DNA from: Flavobacteriaceae bacterium
Lineage (GTDB): Bacteria; Bacteroidota; Bacteroidia; Flavobacteriales; Flavobacteriaceae
Direction of reading: 5' to 3'
Length of the DNA: 38,879 nucleotides
Assembly (NCBI GenBank): GCA_036795105.1
Contig: DAIRFL010000001.1
Span: forward strand, 1 to 38,879
Shown: positions 8,884 to 18,877 of the stretch, in pieces
Layout of the letters: each line of letters begins with the position of its first letter
Numbering within the stretch: position 1 is the first letter of the stretch
Program-made: the position numbers and the translations under genes
Notes under the pieces: generated by a model
The model's database searches: none
Seen by the model: the letters and a program-made list of their open reading frames with translations, nothing else
Told to the model about the DNA's origin: nothing

Positions 8884-10359
8884 ATGAAAACAATTAGGCA
8901 ATTTCTGGATTTAGAATGGAAGGCGTTTAAGCGCTCACCAACTTTTGAAACCAATCTAGCTATTAAAATACTCATGGGTTTAGTGGCCCTGTATTTTATT
9001 GCAATTTTTACTGGATTGGGAATCGGCCTTTTTTTTATAGCTAAAGAAGCTGGATCAGAAGATCCGCTGGTGTCTATTAATAAATTTTTGATTTATTATT
9101 TGGCGGCAGATCTATTTATGCGATACAGCATGCAAAAGATGCCTATCACTAGAATCAAGCAATTAATTTTAACCCCTCTTTTAAAAAGACAAATCATTCG
9201 ATTTTCTCTTTTAAAGTCGAGTTTTTCTTTTTTTAATATCATCCACTTATTCTTTTTAATTCCCTTTTCTGCAACCTTAATAGCAAATGATTATTTGCCA
9301 TTGGGAGTGATGTCCTGGTTTTTGGGAATGTTTTTGCTGATTTTATCTTCTAATTATCTCAATGTTTTTGTCAATTCGAGCGACCGAACCTTTTATATTG
9401 CTGCGGTCATCTATTTGCTTTTAGGCGTAAGTCAGTATATGGGTTATTTTGATATTACAAGGTATACTGCCCCCTTCTTTGACGGCCTCTATCAACAACC
9501 AATTTATTTATTGGCCCCAATAGTCTTACTGATTTTTATGCGCTATAGAGCCGTACAATTTTTTACCAATCATATGTTTTTAGATACGGGCTTGGCTCAA
9601 AAAGAGGAAGCGGTTCGCTCCGTAGACTTTGATTTTCTAAAACGATTGGGATCTTTAGGAAACTTGCTCACCAATGATATGAGAATGATTGTTCGCAACA
9701 AACGACCCAAACAAGCGGTAATAGCAGGGGTGGCATTTTTGTTTTACGGCCTCTTATTCTATACCAAAACAATCGAGGAATATCAATCTCCAATGTTTCA
9801 GATGTTTGCAGGAATATTTGTGACTGGAGGCTTTTTGTTTATGTTTGGTTCCTATGTGCCGAGTTGGGATTCAGCCTATTATCCGCTTTTAATGACTCAA
9901 AACATATCTTATAAGGAATACTTAAAGTCCAAATGGGCTTTGGTAGTTTTTGCAGTGATTTTAAGCACGATACTCTCGAGCTTATACCTTTTGATAAGTA
10001 TTGAAGCTTTTGGATATATTCTTGCAGCAGGGGTCTTTAATGTCGGTTTAAACGCTTATTTGGTCATCTTTTCTGGAGCATTTGTCAAAGTTCCAGTCGA
10101 CCTTACTTCAGGGAAAAAACCCTTTGGGGATACTCAGGCGATGAACGCTAAAACCATGCTGCTCAGTTTGCCGAAGCTGTTGTTTCCGATAGGAGTGTAC
10201 GCCTTGGGGTATTACACTTTAGGAAATTGGTTTGGAATAGGACTTTTAATAGCAGTGAGTCTTTTGGGACTCGTGTTTCACAATAAAATTATGGACGCTT
10301 TAGTCAAACTGTACAAAAGAGAAAAGTACGATACCTTGGCGTCTTACAATAAAAACTAA
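8884..10359 (+). CDS. Putative ABC-exporter permease (DUF5687-like)
   Basis: 491 aa with about 12 TM helices in two repeats; 3 nt upstream of an ABC ATPase. Confidence 0.75.
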   Translation: MKTIRQFLDLEWKAFKRSPTFETNLAIKILMGLVALYFIAIFTGLGIGLFFIAKEAGSEDPLVSINKFLIYYLAADLFMRYSMQKMPITRIKQLILTPLLKRQIIRFSLLKSSFSFFNIIHLFFLIPFSATLIANDYLPLGVMSWFLGMFLLILSSNYLNVFVNSSDRTFYIAAVIYLLLGVSQYMGYFDITRYTAPFFDGLYQQPIYLLAPIVLLIFMRYRAVQFFTNHMFLDTGLAQKEEAVRSVDFDFLKRLGSLGNLLTNDMRMIVRNKRPKQAVIAGVAFLFYGLLFYTKTIEEYQSPMFQMFAGIFVTGGFLFMFGSYVPSWDSAYYPLLMTQNISYKEYLKSKWALVVFAVILSTILSSLYLLISIEAFGYILAAGVFNVGLNAYLVIFSGAFVKVPVDLTSGKKPFGDTQAMNAKTMLLSLPKLLFPIGVYALGYYTLGNWFGIGLLIAVSLLGLVFHNKIMDALVKLYKREKYDTLASYNKN

Positions 10360-10362
10360 GCG

Positions 10363-11058
10363 ATGATACAAGCAGTTGAACTATCTAAAAAATACTCAGG
10401 AAAAACAGTATTAAATATGCAGGAGCTAATCATTCCCAAGGGGGAGTGTTTTGGATTAGTGGGAAATAACGGTGCCGGAAAAACAACTTTTTTTAATTTA
10501 TTACTCGATCTAATCAAGCCTTCTTCTGGTCATATTAGGAGTAAGGAGATTCGCGTCGACCAAAGTGAAGATTGGAAATCCTACACGGCAGCCTATATCG
10601 ACGAGAGTTTTGTTATCGGATATCTCACCCCTGAAGAATACTTTAACTTTTTGGGAAATCTAAGAGGAATTTCACCCTCGAGAGTTGAAGAAGAATTAGA
10701 ACCCTTTAAAGCACTTTTTGGCGACGAGGTCTTGGGGCTTAAAAAATACATCAGAGATCTCTCTAAGGGGAATCAAAAAAAAGTGGGGATTGCTGCAGCT
10801 TTTTTAGGCTCACCAGAGGTGGTTATTCTCGATGAGCCCTTTGCTAATTTAGACCCTACTACACAGATTAGACTTAAGAACTATATCAAAGAAGTACACC
10901 TAGGAGGAGCAACCACACTGCTCATTTCATCTCACGACCTTACTCATATCACAGAGGTGTGTGAACGCATCGTTGTGCTCAGTAAGGGGGATGTGGTTAA
11001 GGACCTCAAAACTTCAGAGGAAACCCTTAAAGAATTAGAGACGTATTTTTCAGTCTAA
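10363..11058 (+). CDS. ABC transporter ATP-binding protein
   Basis: Walker A GNNGAGKTT, signature LSKGN, Walker B VILDEP, H-loop SSHD. Confidence 0.93.
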   Translation: MIQAVELSKKYSGKTVLNMQELIIPKGECFGLVGNNGAGKTTFFNLLLDLIKPSSGHIRSKEIRVDQSEDWKSYTAAYIDESFVIGYLTPEEYFNFLGNLRGISPSRVEEELEPFKALFGDEVLGLKKYIRDLSKGNQKKVGIAAAFLGSPEVVILDEPFANLDPTTQIRLKNYIKEVHLGGATTLLISSHDLTHITEVCERIVVLSKGDVVKDLKTSEETLKELETYFSV

Positions 11059-11076
11059 AAGCTGCACTTAAAATTG

Positions 11077-11084
11077 TAAGTTTG
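11077..11084 (+). promoter_or_regulatory. -7 promoter element for the sprE unit
   Basis: TAAGTTTG, 49 nt before the ATG at 11134. Confidence 0.55.
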
Positions 11085-11133
11085 TACAATAATCACCTCA
11101 AAACGGTGTTATATTCCCTACAAGGAACAGTTT

Positions 11134-13701
11134 ATGCTTAAAAAAAGAACAGCTTTCGTTTATTTTTTGCTCTTTAGTGGAGCTTTGATTATTTCGGCTT
11201 GCTCTACCTCTAGAGACCGAATGATCAATAGAGAATGGCATAAACTCAACACCAAATACAATGTTGTCTTTAACGGAAATGAATCCTTTAATGAAAACTG
11301 GAATTCGCTGCAATCTGGACTTAAGGAAGACTTCTGGAAGTTGCTGCCTATTGAACGATTAGATGTAGAGGAGACCTATGCATTTAAAATGGATTCAGAC
11401 AAGGACGCTCCTTTTGCAACTGCAGAAGAGAAGGCGGTAAAAGCGATAAAGAAGCACGGAATGCTTATCGAAGACAAGGAGGCTAACGCCCAAATGATTG
11501 AGGCTTATTTGCTTCTTGGAAAAGCCCGTTATTTTGATCAGCGATTTGTTCCAGCTTATGAAGCTTTTAGCTATATCATCAAAAAGCACCCAGCTACTAA
11601 TAAGCTCAACAAGGTGAGAATTTGGAAGGAACGCACCAATATCCGTTTGGGAAATGAGGTGATCGCCATCGAGAACCTCAAACGTTTAATGAAGTATCGG
11701 GAACTCAAAGATCAAGAGCTGGCAGATGCTAATGCGACCATGGCTCAGGCCTATATGAATACCGACTCTATCGCTCAAGCAATAGACAAATTGACCATTG
11801 CAGTTGGAGCGACTCGCAAAAACGTAGAGCGCTCCCGTTATCATTTTATTCTCGGACAACTCTTTACGTCGAGCGGAGATTTAGACAAGGCTCAAAATCA
11901 CTTTCAGCAAATTGTCGAACAGGGCAGAAGGGCTCCGAGAGTTTTTTGGGTACACGCTAAACTGAGAAGTTTGCGCTTTGCAAATTTGAACAAAACGGAT
12001 CAAAACCAGCAGTTGTTAGAACTTGCTGAAATGGTCAAAAGCTGGCAAAATCAAGACTACTTAGACATCATACACTACCAACAAGGAGTGGTTTATTTAG
12101 AAGAAGAGAAGGACAGCTTAGCAGTGGCTTATATCAACAAATCCCTCAGAGCAAATAACCAAAAAGACCCGACTCTAACTGCGATGAGTTACGAGTTTTT
12201 GGCAGATCATTATTTTGACAAGGACAAATACCTCTTAGCACATAGCTATTACGACAGCTTATTGCCCTTTTTAGTAAATCCATCAGAAAAATACAGAGCG
12301 ATTCAAAAACGCTCTTTGAAATTGGCAGATGTGGCCCTTTACGAGGCGAGAGTCTCCTCTATTGATTCCGTATTAGACTTGGCTTCTGCTTCCCCAGATA
12401 GGCAGTTGGCTATTGTGAACCAACACATCAAGACACTTCAGGAGCAGGAAGAAAAAAAAGCTCAAGAGGCCCAAGAACAGCAGGCTGATAAAGAAAAAAA
12501 GGCCAATGAATCCTTTTCAAATCCCTCTACACCAACTCGAGGAAGCTTTTATTTTTACAATCCAGCAATGGTAGAGCGCGGACAAAAGGCCTTTAAACAA
12601 CAATGGGGAGATCGAGCACTTGCTGATAATTGGAGATGGGAACAAAAGACCAAACAAGTGAAGCTTGTGGACCAAGAAGAGCAAGGAGCTAATCAGGAAG
12701 TAGTTCAAGAGCAAGAAGAGCGCTCTCAAAAATACAATCCAGAGGTTTACCTCAAGCAGATTCCTACTGAGACTAAAATTTTGGACAGTTTAAAACGAGA
12801 AAAGAACTATGCTCATTTTAGGCTGGGGACCATCTATAAGGAGAGTTTTGAACTCTATGATCTCGCTTTAAAAAACTTGATGATATCGAGTTTGTACACT
12901 CAGTCAGAAGCCATTTGCATTCCCTCACTCTATGCGACTTACAAGATTTATGAATACCTAAAGGAGGATCAAAAGGCGAATCTGATTAAAAATAAAATTA
13001 TCCGTTCCTATCCAGAGTCGGTATACGCTCAGGTTCTTAGCGATCCTAGTAAAGCAGTATTATTGTCGGCTTCAGCCTTTGACAAGAGATACCAGACGGT
13101 CTATCAGTCCTACAAAAATCAAAAACACGATTCGGTTATCCGGGCTGTAAACGAATTATTAGAACGAACGACCTCTATTGAGGAGGCGGGTAAGTGGTCC
13201 AACCTCAAGGCGCTTTCTATAGGAAGATTACAGGGTTATATGGCCTTTAAAAGTGAACTGGAACAACTAGTTAAAGACTATCCTTCATCTTCAGCAGCTG
13301 AAAATGCCGTACAGTTCTTAACCAAAGCGAACAACGCCATTGAGAAGCCGGAATTTTTAGACCCTCTTGATAGCGATCACTGGAAACTCGCAATTTGGGT
13401 CAATCACAAGAGGCAATCGAAGGACTCTGTTTTAGGACAGAAGATACGCTCCTTATTCAAGGATGAATTGTCTCATTTGCGCTATTCCAAAGAATCCTAT
13501 TCTCCTACTCAGGATGTATACGTGGTTCACGGCTTTCCAACTCAAATAGAGACAGTTAGATTTTCTAAAAATCCAATTTTCAGGGATCAAACCTTTGAGA
13601 ATGGAGAGTTTTTTGTAATTTTAGCCTCCCATTACCGAACCGTACAGCTCTACAAGAACTTACAAGCTTATAAAGTAGAGCACAAAGCATTAAAACGATA
13701 A
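11134..13701 (+). CDS. sprE: Type IX secretion/gliding TPR lipoprotein SprE (PorW-like)
   Basis: Lipobox ISA-C; NTKYNVVFNG, AYLLLGKARYFDQRF, FYFYN...WGDRALADNWRW; TPR-like repeats; precedes bactofilin and atp genes. Confidence 0.85.
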   Translation: MLKKRTAFVYFLLFSGALIISACSTSRDRMINREWHKLNTKYNVVFNGNESFNENWNSLQSGLKEDFWKLLPIERLDVEETYAFKMDSDKDAPFATAEEKAVKAIKKHGMLIEDKEANAQMIEAYLLLGKARYFDQRFVPAYEAFSYIIKKHPATNKLNKVRIWKERTNIRLGNEVIAIENLKRLMKYRELKDQELADANATMAQAYMNTDSIAQAIDKLTIAVGATRKNVERSRYHFILGQLFTSSGDLDKAQNHFQQIVEQGRRAPRVFWVHAKLRSLRFANLNKTDQNQQLLELAEMVKSWQNQDYLDIIHYQQGVVYLEEEKDSLAVAYINKSLRANNQKDPTLTAMSYEFLADHYFDKDKYLLAHSYYDSLLPFLVNPSEKYRAIQKRSLKLADVALYEARVSSIDSVLDLASASPDRQLAIVNQHIKTLQEQEEKKAQEAQEQQADKEKKANESFSNPSTPTRGSFYFYNPAMVERGQKAFKQQWGDRALADNWRWEQKTKQVKLVDQEEQGANQEVVQEQEERSQKYNPEVYLKQIPTETKILDSLKREKNYAHFRLGTIYKESFELYDLALKNLMISSLYTQSEAICIPSLYATYKIYEYLKEDQKANLIKNKIIRSYPESVYAQVLSDPSKAVLLSASAFDKRYQTVYQSYKNQKHDSVIRAVNELLERTTSIEEAGKWSNLKALSIGRLQGYMAFKSELEQLVKDYPSSSAAENAVQFLTKANNAIEKPEFLDPLDSDHWKLAIWVNHKRQSKDSVLGQKIRSLFKDELSHLRYSKESYSPTQDVYVVHGFPTQIETVRFSKNPIFRDQTFENGEFFVILASHYRTVQLYKNLQAYKVEHKALKR

Positions 13702-13703
13702 TT

Positions 13704-14123
13704 ATGTTTGCAGACAATACTAAAAAATCAGGCTCCTCATCCGATATGAGATCTCAGCCGAATAGAATTGAGAAAGAAACGACCATTAATGGATCGATTG
13801 TATCCAAAGACGATTTTAGAATCGAGGGAAGACTCGAAGGAAGCCTTTCTACTTCTGGAAAAGTAGTCATTGGAAAATCGGGATCAATCGAAGGAACTGT
13901 CGACTGTGTCAACGCTGATATAGAAGGAAGTTTTAAAGGAGAAATCAAAGTAGCGGAACTCCTCAATCTTCAGTCGCAATCTTCGGTAGAAGGGAAGGTT
14001 CAAACCACTAAACTAGCAATTGCTCCGGGGGCTATTTTTGAAGCTGAATGCAGCATGAAACCCAAAGGAGTATCGAGTTTGAAACCTGATCTTAAAGATG
14101 ACCTCGCCCAAGAAGCCTCGTAA
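13704..14123 (+). CDS. Bactofilin (polymer-forming cytoskeletal protein)
   Basis: Beta-solenoid repeats NRIEKETTINGSI, FRIEGRLEGSL, VVIGKSGSIEG, ADIEGSFKG, LAIAPGAIF. Confidence 0.92.
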   Translation: MFADNTKKSGSSSDMRSQPNRIEKETTINGSIVSKDDFRIEGRLEGSLSTSGKVVIGKSGSIEGTVDCVNADIEGSFKGEIKVAELLNLQSQSSVEGKVQTTKLAIAPGAIFEAECSMKPKGVSSLKPDLKDDLAQEAS

Positions 14124-14325
14124 TAACAACCTCAGAAATTTTGGACTCTTATCGGCAATTGCCATACAGATGGGGGCCATTATCTACTTTATGGTCCAAA
14201 TTGGAAAATGGGTAGACGTTTATTTTGAGTTCGAAGGAAGGCCTGGACTCATTGTATTTACCCTCCTTGGAATCATCATCGCCATGTGGTTTGTGATCAG
14301 TCAAACAAAAAAAATTAAGAATTGA
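14098..14325 (+). CDS. AtpZ/AtpI family small membrane protein
   Basis: 75 aa, two TM helices, AIQMGAII...GKWVD pattern; overlaps the bactofilin end by 26 nt. Confidence 0.8.
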   Translation: MTSPKKPRNNNLRNFGLLSAIAIQMGAIIYFMVQIGKWVDVYFEFEGRPGLIVFTLLGIIIAMWFVISQTKKIKN

Positions 14326-14729
14326 CATCTAAGCACTTTTTTTATCGATTTATTCTCGTGTTGTTTATGTCGCTTGTGGTGAGTTTTGTAATTCACTTAG
14401 TAGTACTAAAAGCGATTGACGAAAGCTTTGAACTCAATCTATTGCTAATAACCTATTTAGCACTTTTAGGGATGACGACTTTGATAGTTTTTACAATCTA
14501 TAAATTCCAAAAAAAATACTTTAGTCAGGTCGGTTTTTTGTTTTTGGCAGGATCCCTTTTAAAATTCGCCTTTTATTTTACGCTTTTAAAGCCTTATTAC
14601 ACCCATTATGAGCTTCCAAAAACAAAGGCGTTTTTGGTGTTTTTTATACCCTATATTATCAGCCTTATCACAGAGGCTATCTACGTTTCAAAGCTCTTAA
14701 ACAAGGGTGATCAAACAAAGGAGAACTAA
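14322..14729 (+). CDS. Four-TM membrane protein, AtpI-like (DUF6168-like)
   Basis: TTG start overlapping the upstream TGA; VGFLFLAGSLLKF and FFIPY motifs; directly upstream of atpB. Confidence 0.7.
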   Translation: MTSKHFFYRFILVLFMSLVVSFVIHLVVLKAIDESFELNLLLITYLALLGMTTLIVFTIYKFQKKYFSQVGFLFLAGSLLKFAFYFTLLKPYYTHYELPKTKAFLVFFIPYIISLITEAIYVSKLLNKGDQTKEN

Positions 14730-14740
14730 ACCTTAGAATT

Positions 14741-14760
14741 TTATCCACAAATTATCCACA
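14741..14760 (+). promoter_or_regulatory. Two perfect head-to-tail DnaA boxes
   Basis: TTATCCACA at 14741-14749 and 14752-14760, 2-nt spacer, intergenic. The sequence match is exact; the function is inferred. Confidence 0.6.
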
Positions 14761-14790
14761 ATAGACTTTTTTTAATTTGATAGAATAGCT

Positions 14791-14798
14791 TACATTTG
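14791..14798 (+). promoter_or_regulatory. -7 promoter element for atpBEFHAG
   Basis: TACATTTG(CA), 31 nt before the ATG at 14830. Confidence 0.75.
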
Positions 14799-14829
14799 CA
14801 GCGATTTTTAAGTGAATTAAAATTTACAA

Positions 14830-15927
14830 ATGTCGAAAGCGCTTAATATGAAGTTTTTTAGTCTTGCTCTAGTATTTTTTGCAAGTATTAGTTTCGCAAC
14901 TGCGACAACCAGCAGCGATAGTTCTACTGAGGGAACAGATCTCAAAACGGAGATCAATGAATACATCCAACACCACTTACAGGATTCTTACGATTTTTCT
15001 CTTTATTCATACACCAACAGTGAACACGAGCACGTCTATATCGGCCTTCCACTTCCTGTAATTTTATGGGATAACGGATTGCAAGTATTTTCATCTTCAA
15101 AATTACACCACGGCGAATCAATCGCTGAGGTGAATGGAAACTACTACGCTTTAATTCACGGTAAAATTTATAAAGGTGAAGCAGGGGTTAGTATCGATCA
15201 GATGAAAGAAGCCTTAGAGCACGATCACCACGCTTATCACAAAATAGCAACGGACTTTTCAATCACGAAGAGTGTTGTGATGATGATCCTTACAGGATTG
15301 TTGATGTTCTGGTTGTTTTCTTCACTGGCGAAGTCTTACGCTAAGAACAAAGGAATTCCTACTGGATTTGCAAGAATCTTTGAACCAATCGTTCTCTATA
15401 TTCGCGATGATATCGCTGAACCTAATATCGGACCTAACTACAAAAAGTATATGAGCTATTTGCTCACGATTTTCTTTTTTGTATGGTTCTTAAACCTCTT
15501 TGGGTTGACTCCACTTGGGGTAAACGTGACAGGAAACATTGCTGTGACTTTTGGATTGGCTTTATTGACCTTTTTAATCACCAACCTTACTGGAAACAAA
15601 AATTACTGGGGACATATCTTTTGGATGCCAGGAGTTCCAGTTCCAATGAAAATATTATTAGCTCCTATTGAATTATTGGGAGTGATTATCAAGCCTTTTG
15701 CACTGATGATTCGTCTTTGGGCGAATATGTCTGCAGGGCATATAGTATTAATGAGTATTATCGGCTTAATGTTTATATTCCACTCTTGGTTGGGATCTAG
15801 CTTGAGCTTTTTACTATCGTTTGTGTTAGCGATTCTAGAATTACTAGTTGCTGCTTTACAGGCGTATATATTTACGATGTTGTCTGCTTTGTATTTTGGT
15901 TTTGCCAACGAAGAAGCACATCACTAA
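14830..15927 (+). CDS. atpB: F0 ATP synthase subunit a
   Basis: DFSITK, NVTGNIAVT, PIELLG..IKPFALMIRLWANMSAGH, LELLVAALQAYIFTMLSALY. Confidence 0.96.
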   Translation: MSKALNMKFFSLALVFFASISFATATTSSDSSTEGTDLKTEINEYIQHHLQDSYDFSLYSYTNSEHEHVYIGLPLPVILWDNGLQVFSSSKLHHGESIAEVNGNYYALIHGKIYKGEAGVSIDQMKEALEHDHHAYHKIATDFSITKSVVMMILTGLLMFWLFSSLAKSYAKNKGIPTGFARIFEPIVLYIRDDIAEPNIGPNYKKYMSYLLTIFFFVWFLNLFGLTPLGVNVTGNIAVTFGLALLTFLITNLTGNKNYWGHIFWMPGVPVPMKILLAPIELLGVIIKPFALMIRLWANMSAGHIVLMSIIGLMFIFHSWLGSSLSFLLSFVLAILELLVAALQAYIFTMLSALYFGFANEEAHH

Positions 15928-15957
15928 AATTGAATGTTTAATTTTTAATTAATAAAT

Positions 15958-16149
15958 ATGGAAATCCCAACTATTGTAGGAGCAGGTTTAATCGTTATTG
16001 GTGCTGGTTTAGGTATCGGTAAAATTGGTGGATCTGCTATGGAAGCTATCGCTCGTCAGCCTGAGGCTGCCGGGAAAATTCAAACAGCGATGTTGATTGC
16101 AGCAGCGCTTATTGAAGGTATTGGTTTCGCTGCTTTATTCGCAGCCTAG
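15958..16149 (+). CDS. atpE: F0 ATP synthase subunit c
   Basis: GAGLGIG glycine motif, ARQPE loop, AAALIEG with the conserved Glu; no Q/ES(T) sodium-binding signature, so likely H+-coupled. Confidence 0.97.
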   Translation: MEIPTIVGAGLIVIGAGLGIGKIGGSAMEAIARQPEAAGKIQTAMLIAAALIEGIGFAALFAA

Positions 16150-16158
16150 TACAACAAT

Positions 16159-16194
16159 CAACAGTTAGGGCGGTTGGCTCTAACTGTTGTTTTT
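16159..16194 (+). terminator. Intra-operon stem-loop with short U tract between atpE and atpF
   Basis: CAACAGTTAGGGC-ggttg-GCTCTAACTGTTG (13 bp, one G.U) followed by TTTTT. Confidence 0.65.
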
Positions 16195-16224
16195 AGATTT
16201 TTAACAGAGAATCCTATTTAGAAT

Positions 16225-16725
16225 ATGGAAAAATTAATTGAAGAATTTTCGTTTGGACTTTTTATTTGGCAGACCGTAATCTTTGTCGGTTTGGTACTCT
16301 TATTAAAGAAGTTTGCTTGGAAACCGATCCTAGACGCTGTCAATGAAAGAGAAGAAGGAATCAAAGGAGCCCTCGAAGCTGCAGATGAGGCTAGAAAAGA
16401 ACTAGAAAACCTCAATGCTGACAATGAAAAGCTGATCAAAGAGGCTAGAGCTGAGCGCGAAGTCATGATCAAAGAAGCTAGAGAGCTTAAAGACAAAATG
16501 ATTGCTGATGCTAAGGGTCAAGCACAGGCTGAGGCCGATAAGATGATTGCTCAAGCACAAGAAACAATCGAAAGCGAAAAGAAAGCGGCAGTTGCTGATA
16601 TCAAGAAGCAGGTTGCTGAACTTTCAATTTCTATCGCTGAAAAAGTAATTAAAGAAGAACTTTCTAATGCGTCTAAACAAGACAAATTAGTTAGCGATTT
16701 GGTTAAAGATATCGAGATAAACTAA
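16225..16725 (+). CDS. atpF: F0 ATP synthase subunit b
   Basis: N-terminal TM helix, KKFAWKPIL...ERE, long coiled coil. Confidence 0.96.
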   Translation: MEKLIEEFSFGLFIWQTVIFVGLVLLLKKFAWKPILDAVNEREEGIKGALEAADEARKELENLNADNEKLIKEARAEREVMIKEARELKDKMIADAKGQAQAEADKMIAQAQETIESEKKAAVADIKKQVAELSISIAEKVIKEELSNASKQDKLVSDLVKDIEIN

Positions 16726-16730
16726 GAAGT

Positions 16731-17264
16731 ATGAAGGATTCAAGAGCTGCTATCCGTTATGCAAAAGCTGCCCTTGCCCTAGCGGGGGACGCTAAGGCGA
16801 CAGAGGCTGTTGAAAAGGATATGTTGAGTATCATCGCTAGCATTGAAGCTAGTGAGGAGCTTTCTGATTTATTAGAAAGTCCAACAGTAGCCTCAACAGA
16901 CAAACAAAAAGCCTTAAGAGCAATTTTTAAATCTGCTCATCAAATCACCTTGGATTTGATTGACGTATTGATTTTAAACAAGAGAATTTCAATGCTTTCT
17001 CAGGCTGCTACAGCTTTTGTATCACTTAGTGAATCTCAAAAAGACGAAGTTGTTGTCGATGTGGTTGCCGCGAGCCCACTATCAAAAGAACTCGAAAATG
17101 AAATCATTGCAAAAATGAAAAGCATTACTGCTAAGAATGTTAGTTTAGCAGTAAGTATAGACGATTCTCTAATTGGAGGATTTGTTCTAAGAGTAGGAGA
17201 TTTACAATACAATGCGAGTATAGCGCATCAATTGAATCAATTAAAAAGAGAATTAACAGCATAG
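16731..17264 (+). CDS. atpH: F1 ATP synthase subunit delta
   Basis: [33 protein letters not shown]. Confidence 0.95.
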   Translation: MKDSRAAIRYAKAALALAGDAKATEAVEKDMLSIIASIEASEELSDLLESPTVASTDKQKALRAIFKSAHQITLDLIDVLILNKRISMLSQAATAFVSLSESQKDEVVVDVVAASPLSKELENEIIAKMKSITAKNVSLAVSIDDSLIGGFVLRVGDLQYNASIAHQLNQLKRELTA

Positions 17265-17280
17265 TATATATTTTAAAACC

Positions 17281-18858
17281 ATGGCAGGAGTAAAAGCCGC
17301 TGAAGTATCAGCAATTTTAAAGGAACAATTATCAGGATTCAAATCCACTGCATCATTAGATGAGGTGGGTACTGTATTACAAGTAGGGGATGGTATCGCC
17401 AGAGTTTATGGCTTATCAAACGCTCAATACGGGGAATTAGTTGAATTCGAAGGAGGAGTAAAAGGTATTGTACTGAACCTCGAAGAAGATCACGTAGGGG
17501 TTGTATTACTTACTCCATCTAAGGAGATTGGAGAAGGATCTACCGTTAAAAGAACACAACAAATTGCCTCTGTAAATGTTGGAGAGGGAATTGTTGGACG
17601 TGTAGTTGACACTCTTGGTAATCCAATCGACGGTAAGGGTCCTATCGAAGGAGAAACAATTGAAATGCCATTAGAGCGTAAGGCTCCTGGTGTTATCTTC
17701 CGTCAACCAGTAAACGAACCACTTCAAACAGGTATTAAAGCTGTTGATGCGATGATTCCAGTTGGAAGAGGTCAACGTGAGCTCGTAATTGGTGACCGTC
17801 AAACTGGTAAAACAACAGTTTGTATCGATACGATCATCAACCAAAAAGAATTTTACGACGCAGGGGAGCCAGTTTATTGTATCTATGTTGCTATAGGTCA
17901 AAAAGCTTCTACCGTAGCTGCGATCGCTAAAACCTTAGAAGACAAAGGAGCATTAGCATATACGACGATCGTTGCTGCGAATGCATCTGACCCTGCTCCA
18001 ATGCAAGTATACGCTCCATTTACTGGTGCTGCAATTGGAGAGTACTTCAGAGATACAGGTCGTCCAGCATTGATCATCTATGATGATTTATCAAAACAAG
18101 CGGTTGCTTATCGTGAGGTATCTCTTCTACTTAGAAGACCACCGGGACGTGAGGCATATCCTGGAGACGTATTCTACTTACACTCTCGTTTATTAGAGCG
18201 TGCTGCAAAAGTAATCGGAGATGATACTATTGCTAAGAATATGAACGACCTTCCAGAAGGATTAAAATCGAAAGTAAAAGGAGGAGGTTCATTAACAGCC
18301 CTTCCTATTATTGAAACACAAGCAGGTGACGTATCTGCCTATATTCCAACAAACGTAATTTCGATTACTGATGGACAGATCTTCTTAGAGCAAGACTTGT
18401 TCAACCAAGGGGTTCGACCAGCGATTAACGTAGGTATTTCGGTATCTCGTGTTGGTGGATCTGCTCAGATCAAATCGATGAAGAAGGTAGCAGGTACCTT
18501 AAAATTAGACCAGGCGCAGTTTAGAGAGCTTGAAGCTTTTGCTAAGTTTGGATCTGATTTGGATGCTGCAACCCTAAACGTAATTGAAAAAGGACGTCGT
18601 AACGTAGAGATCTTAAAGCAGGCTCAAAACGACCCTTACACCGTGGAAGATCAGGTAGCAATTATCTATGTAGGTTCTAAAAACTTATTGAGAAATGTTC
18701 CTGTTGATCGCGTTAAAGAATTCGAAAGAGACTTTATCGAAGTTTTAAACTCTAAGAACAGAGATGTATTAGACACTATCAAATCAGGTAAATTAACTGA
18801 TGAGGTAACCGATACATTAAGCTCTGTATGTAAAGATCTCGCTGCGAATTACCAATAG
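17281..18858 (+). CDS. atpA: F1 ATP synthase subunit alpha
   Basis: [53 protein letters not shown]. Confidence 0.99.
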   Translation: MAGVKAAEVSAILKEQLSGFKSTASLDEVGTVLQVGDGIARVYGLSNAQYGELVEFEGGVKGIVLNLEEDHVGVVLLTPSKEIGEGSTVKRTQQIASVNVGEGIVGRVVDTLGNPIDGKGPIEGETIEMPLERKAPGVIFRQPVNEPLQTGIKAVDAMIPVGRGQRELVIGDRQTGKTTVCIDTIINQKEFYDAGEPVYCIYVAIGQKASTVAAIAKTLEDKGALAYTTIVAANASDPAPMQVYAPFTGAAIGEYFRDTGRPALIIYDDLSKQAVAYREVSLLLRRPPGREAYPGDVFYLHSRLLERAAKVIGDDTIAKNMNDLPEGLKSKVKGGGSLTALPIIETQAGDVSAYIPTNVISITDGQIFLEQDLFNQGVRPAINVGISVSRVGGSAQIKSMKKVAGTLKLDQAQFRELEAFAKFGSDLDAATLNVIEKGRRNVEILKQAQNDPYTVEDQVAIIYVGSKNLLRNVPVDRVKEFERDFIEVLNSKNRDVLDTIKSGKLTDEVTDTLSSVCKDLAANYQ

Positions 18859-18877
18859 TAAGTTAAGCTAAAGAAGA

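Noticed and set aside
14730..14829. Calling the atpB upstream region oriC
   Set aside because: Only two boxes in 100 bp, no convincing DnaA-trio array and no switch in gene orientation; GC skew could not be computed. Kept only as an alternative hypothesis.
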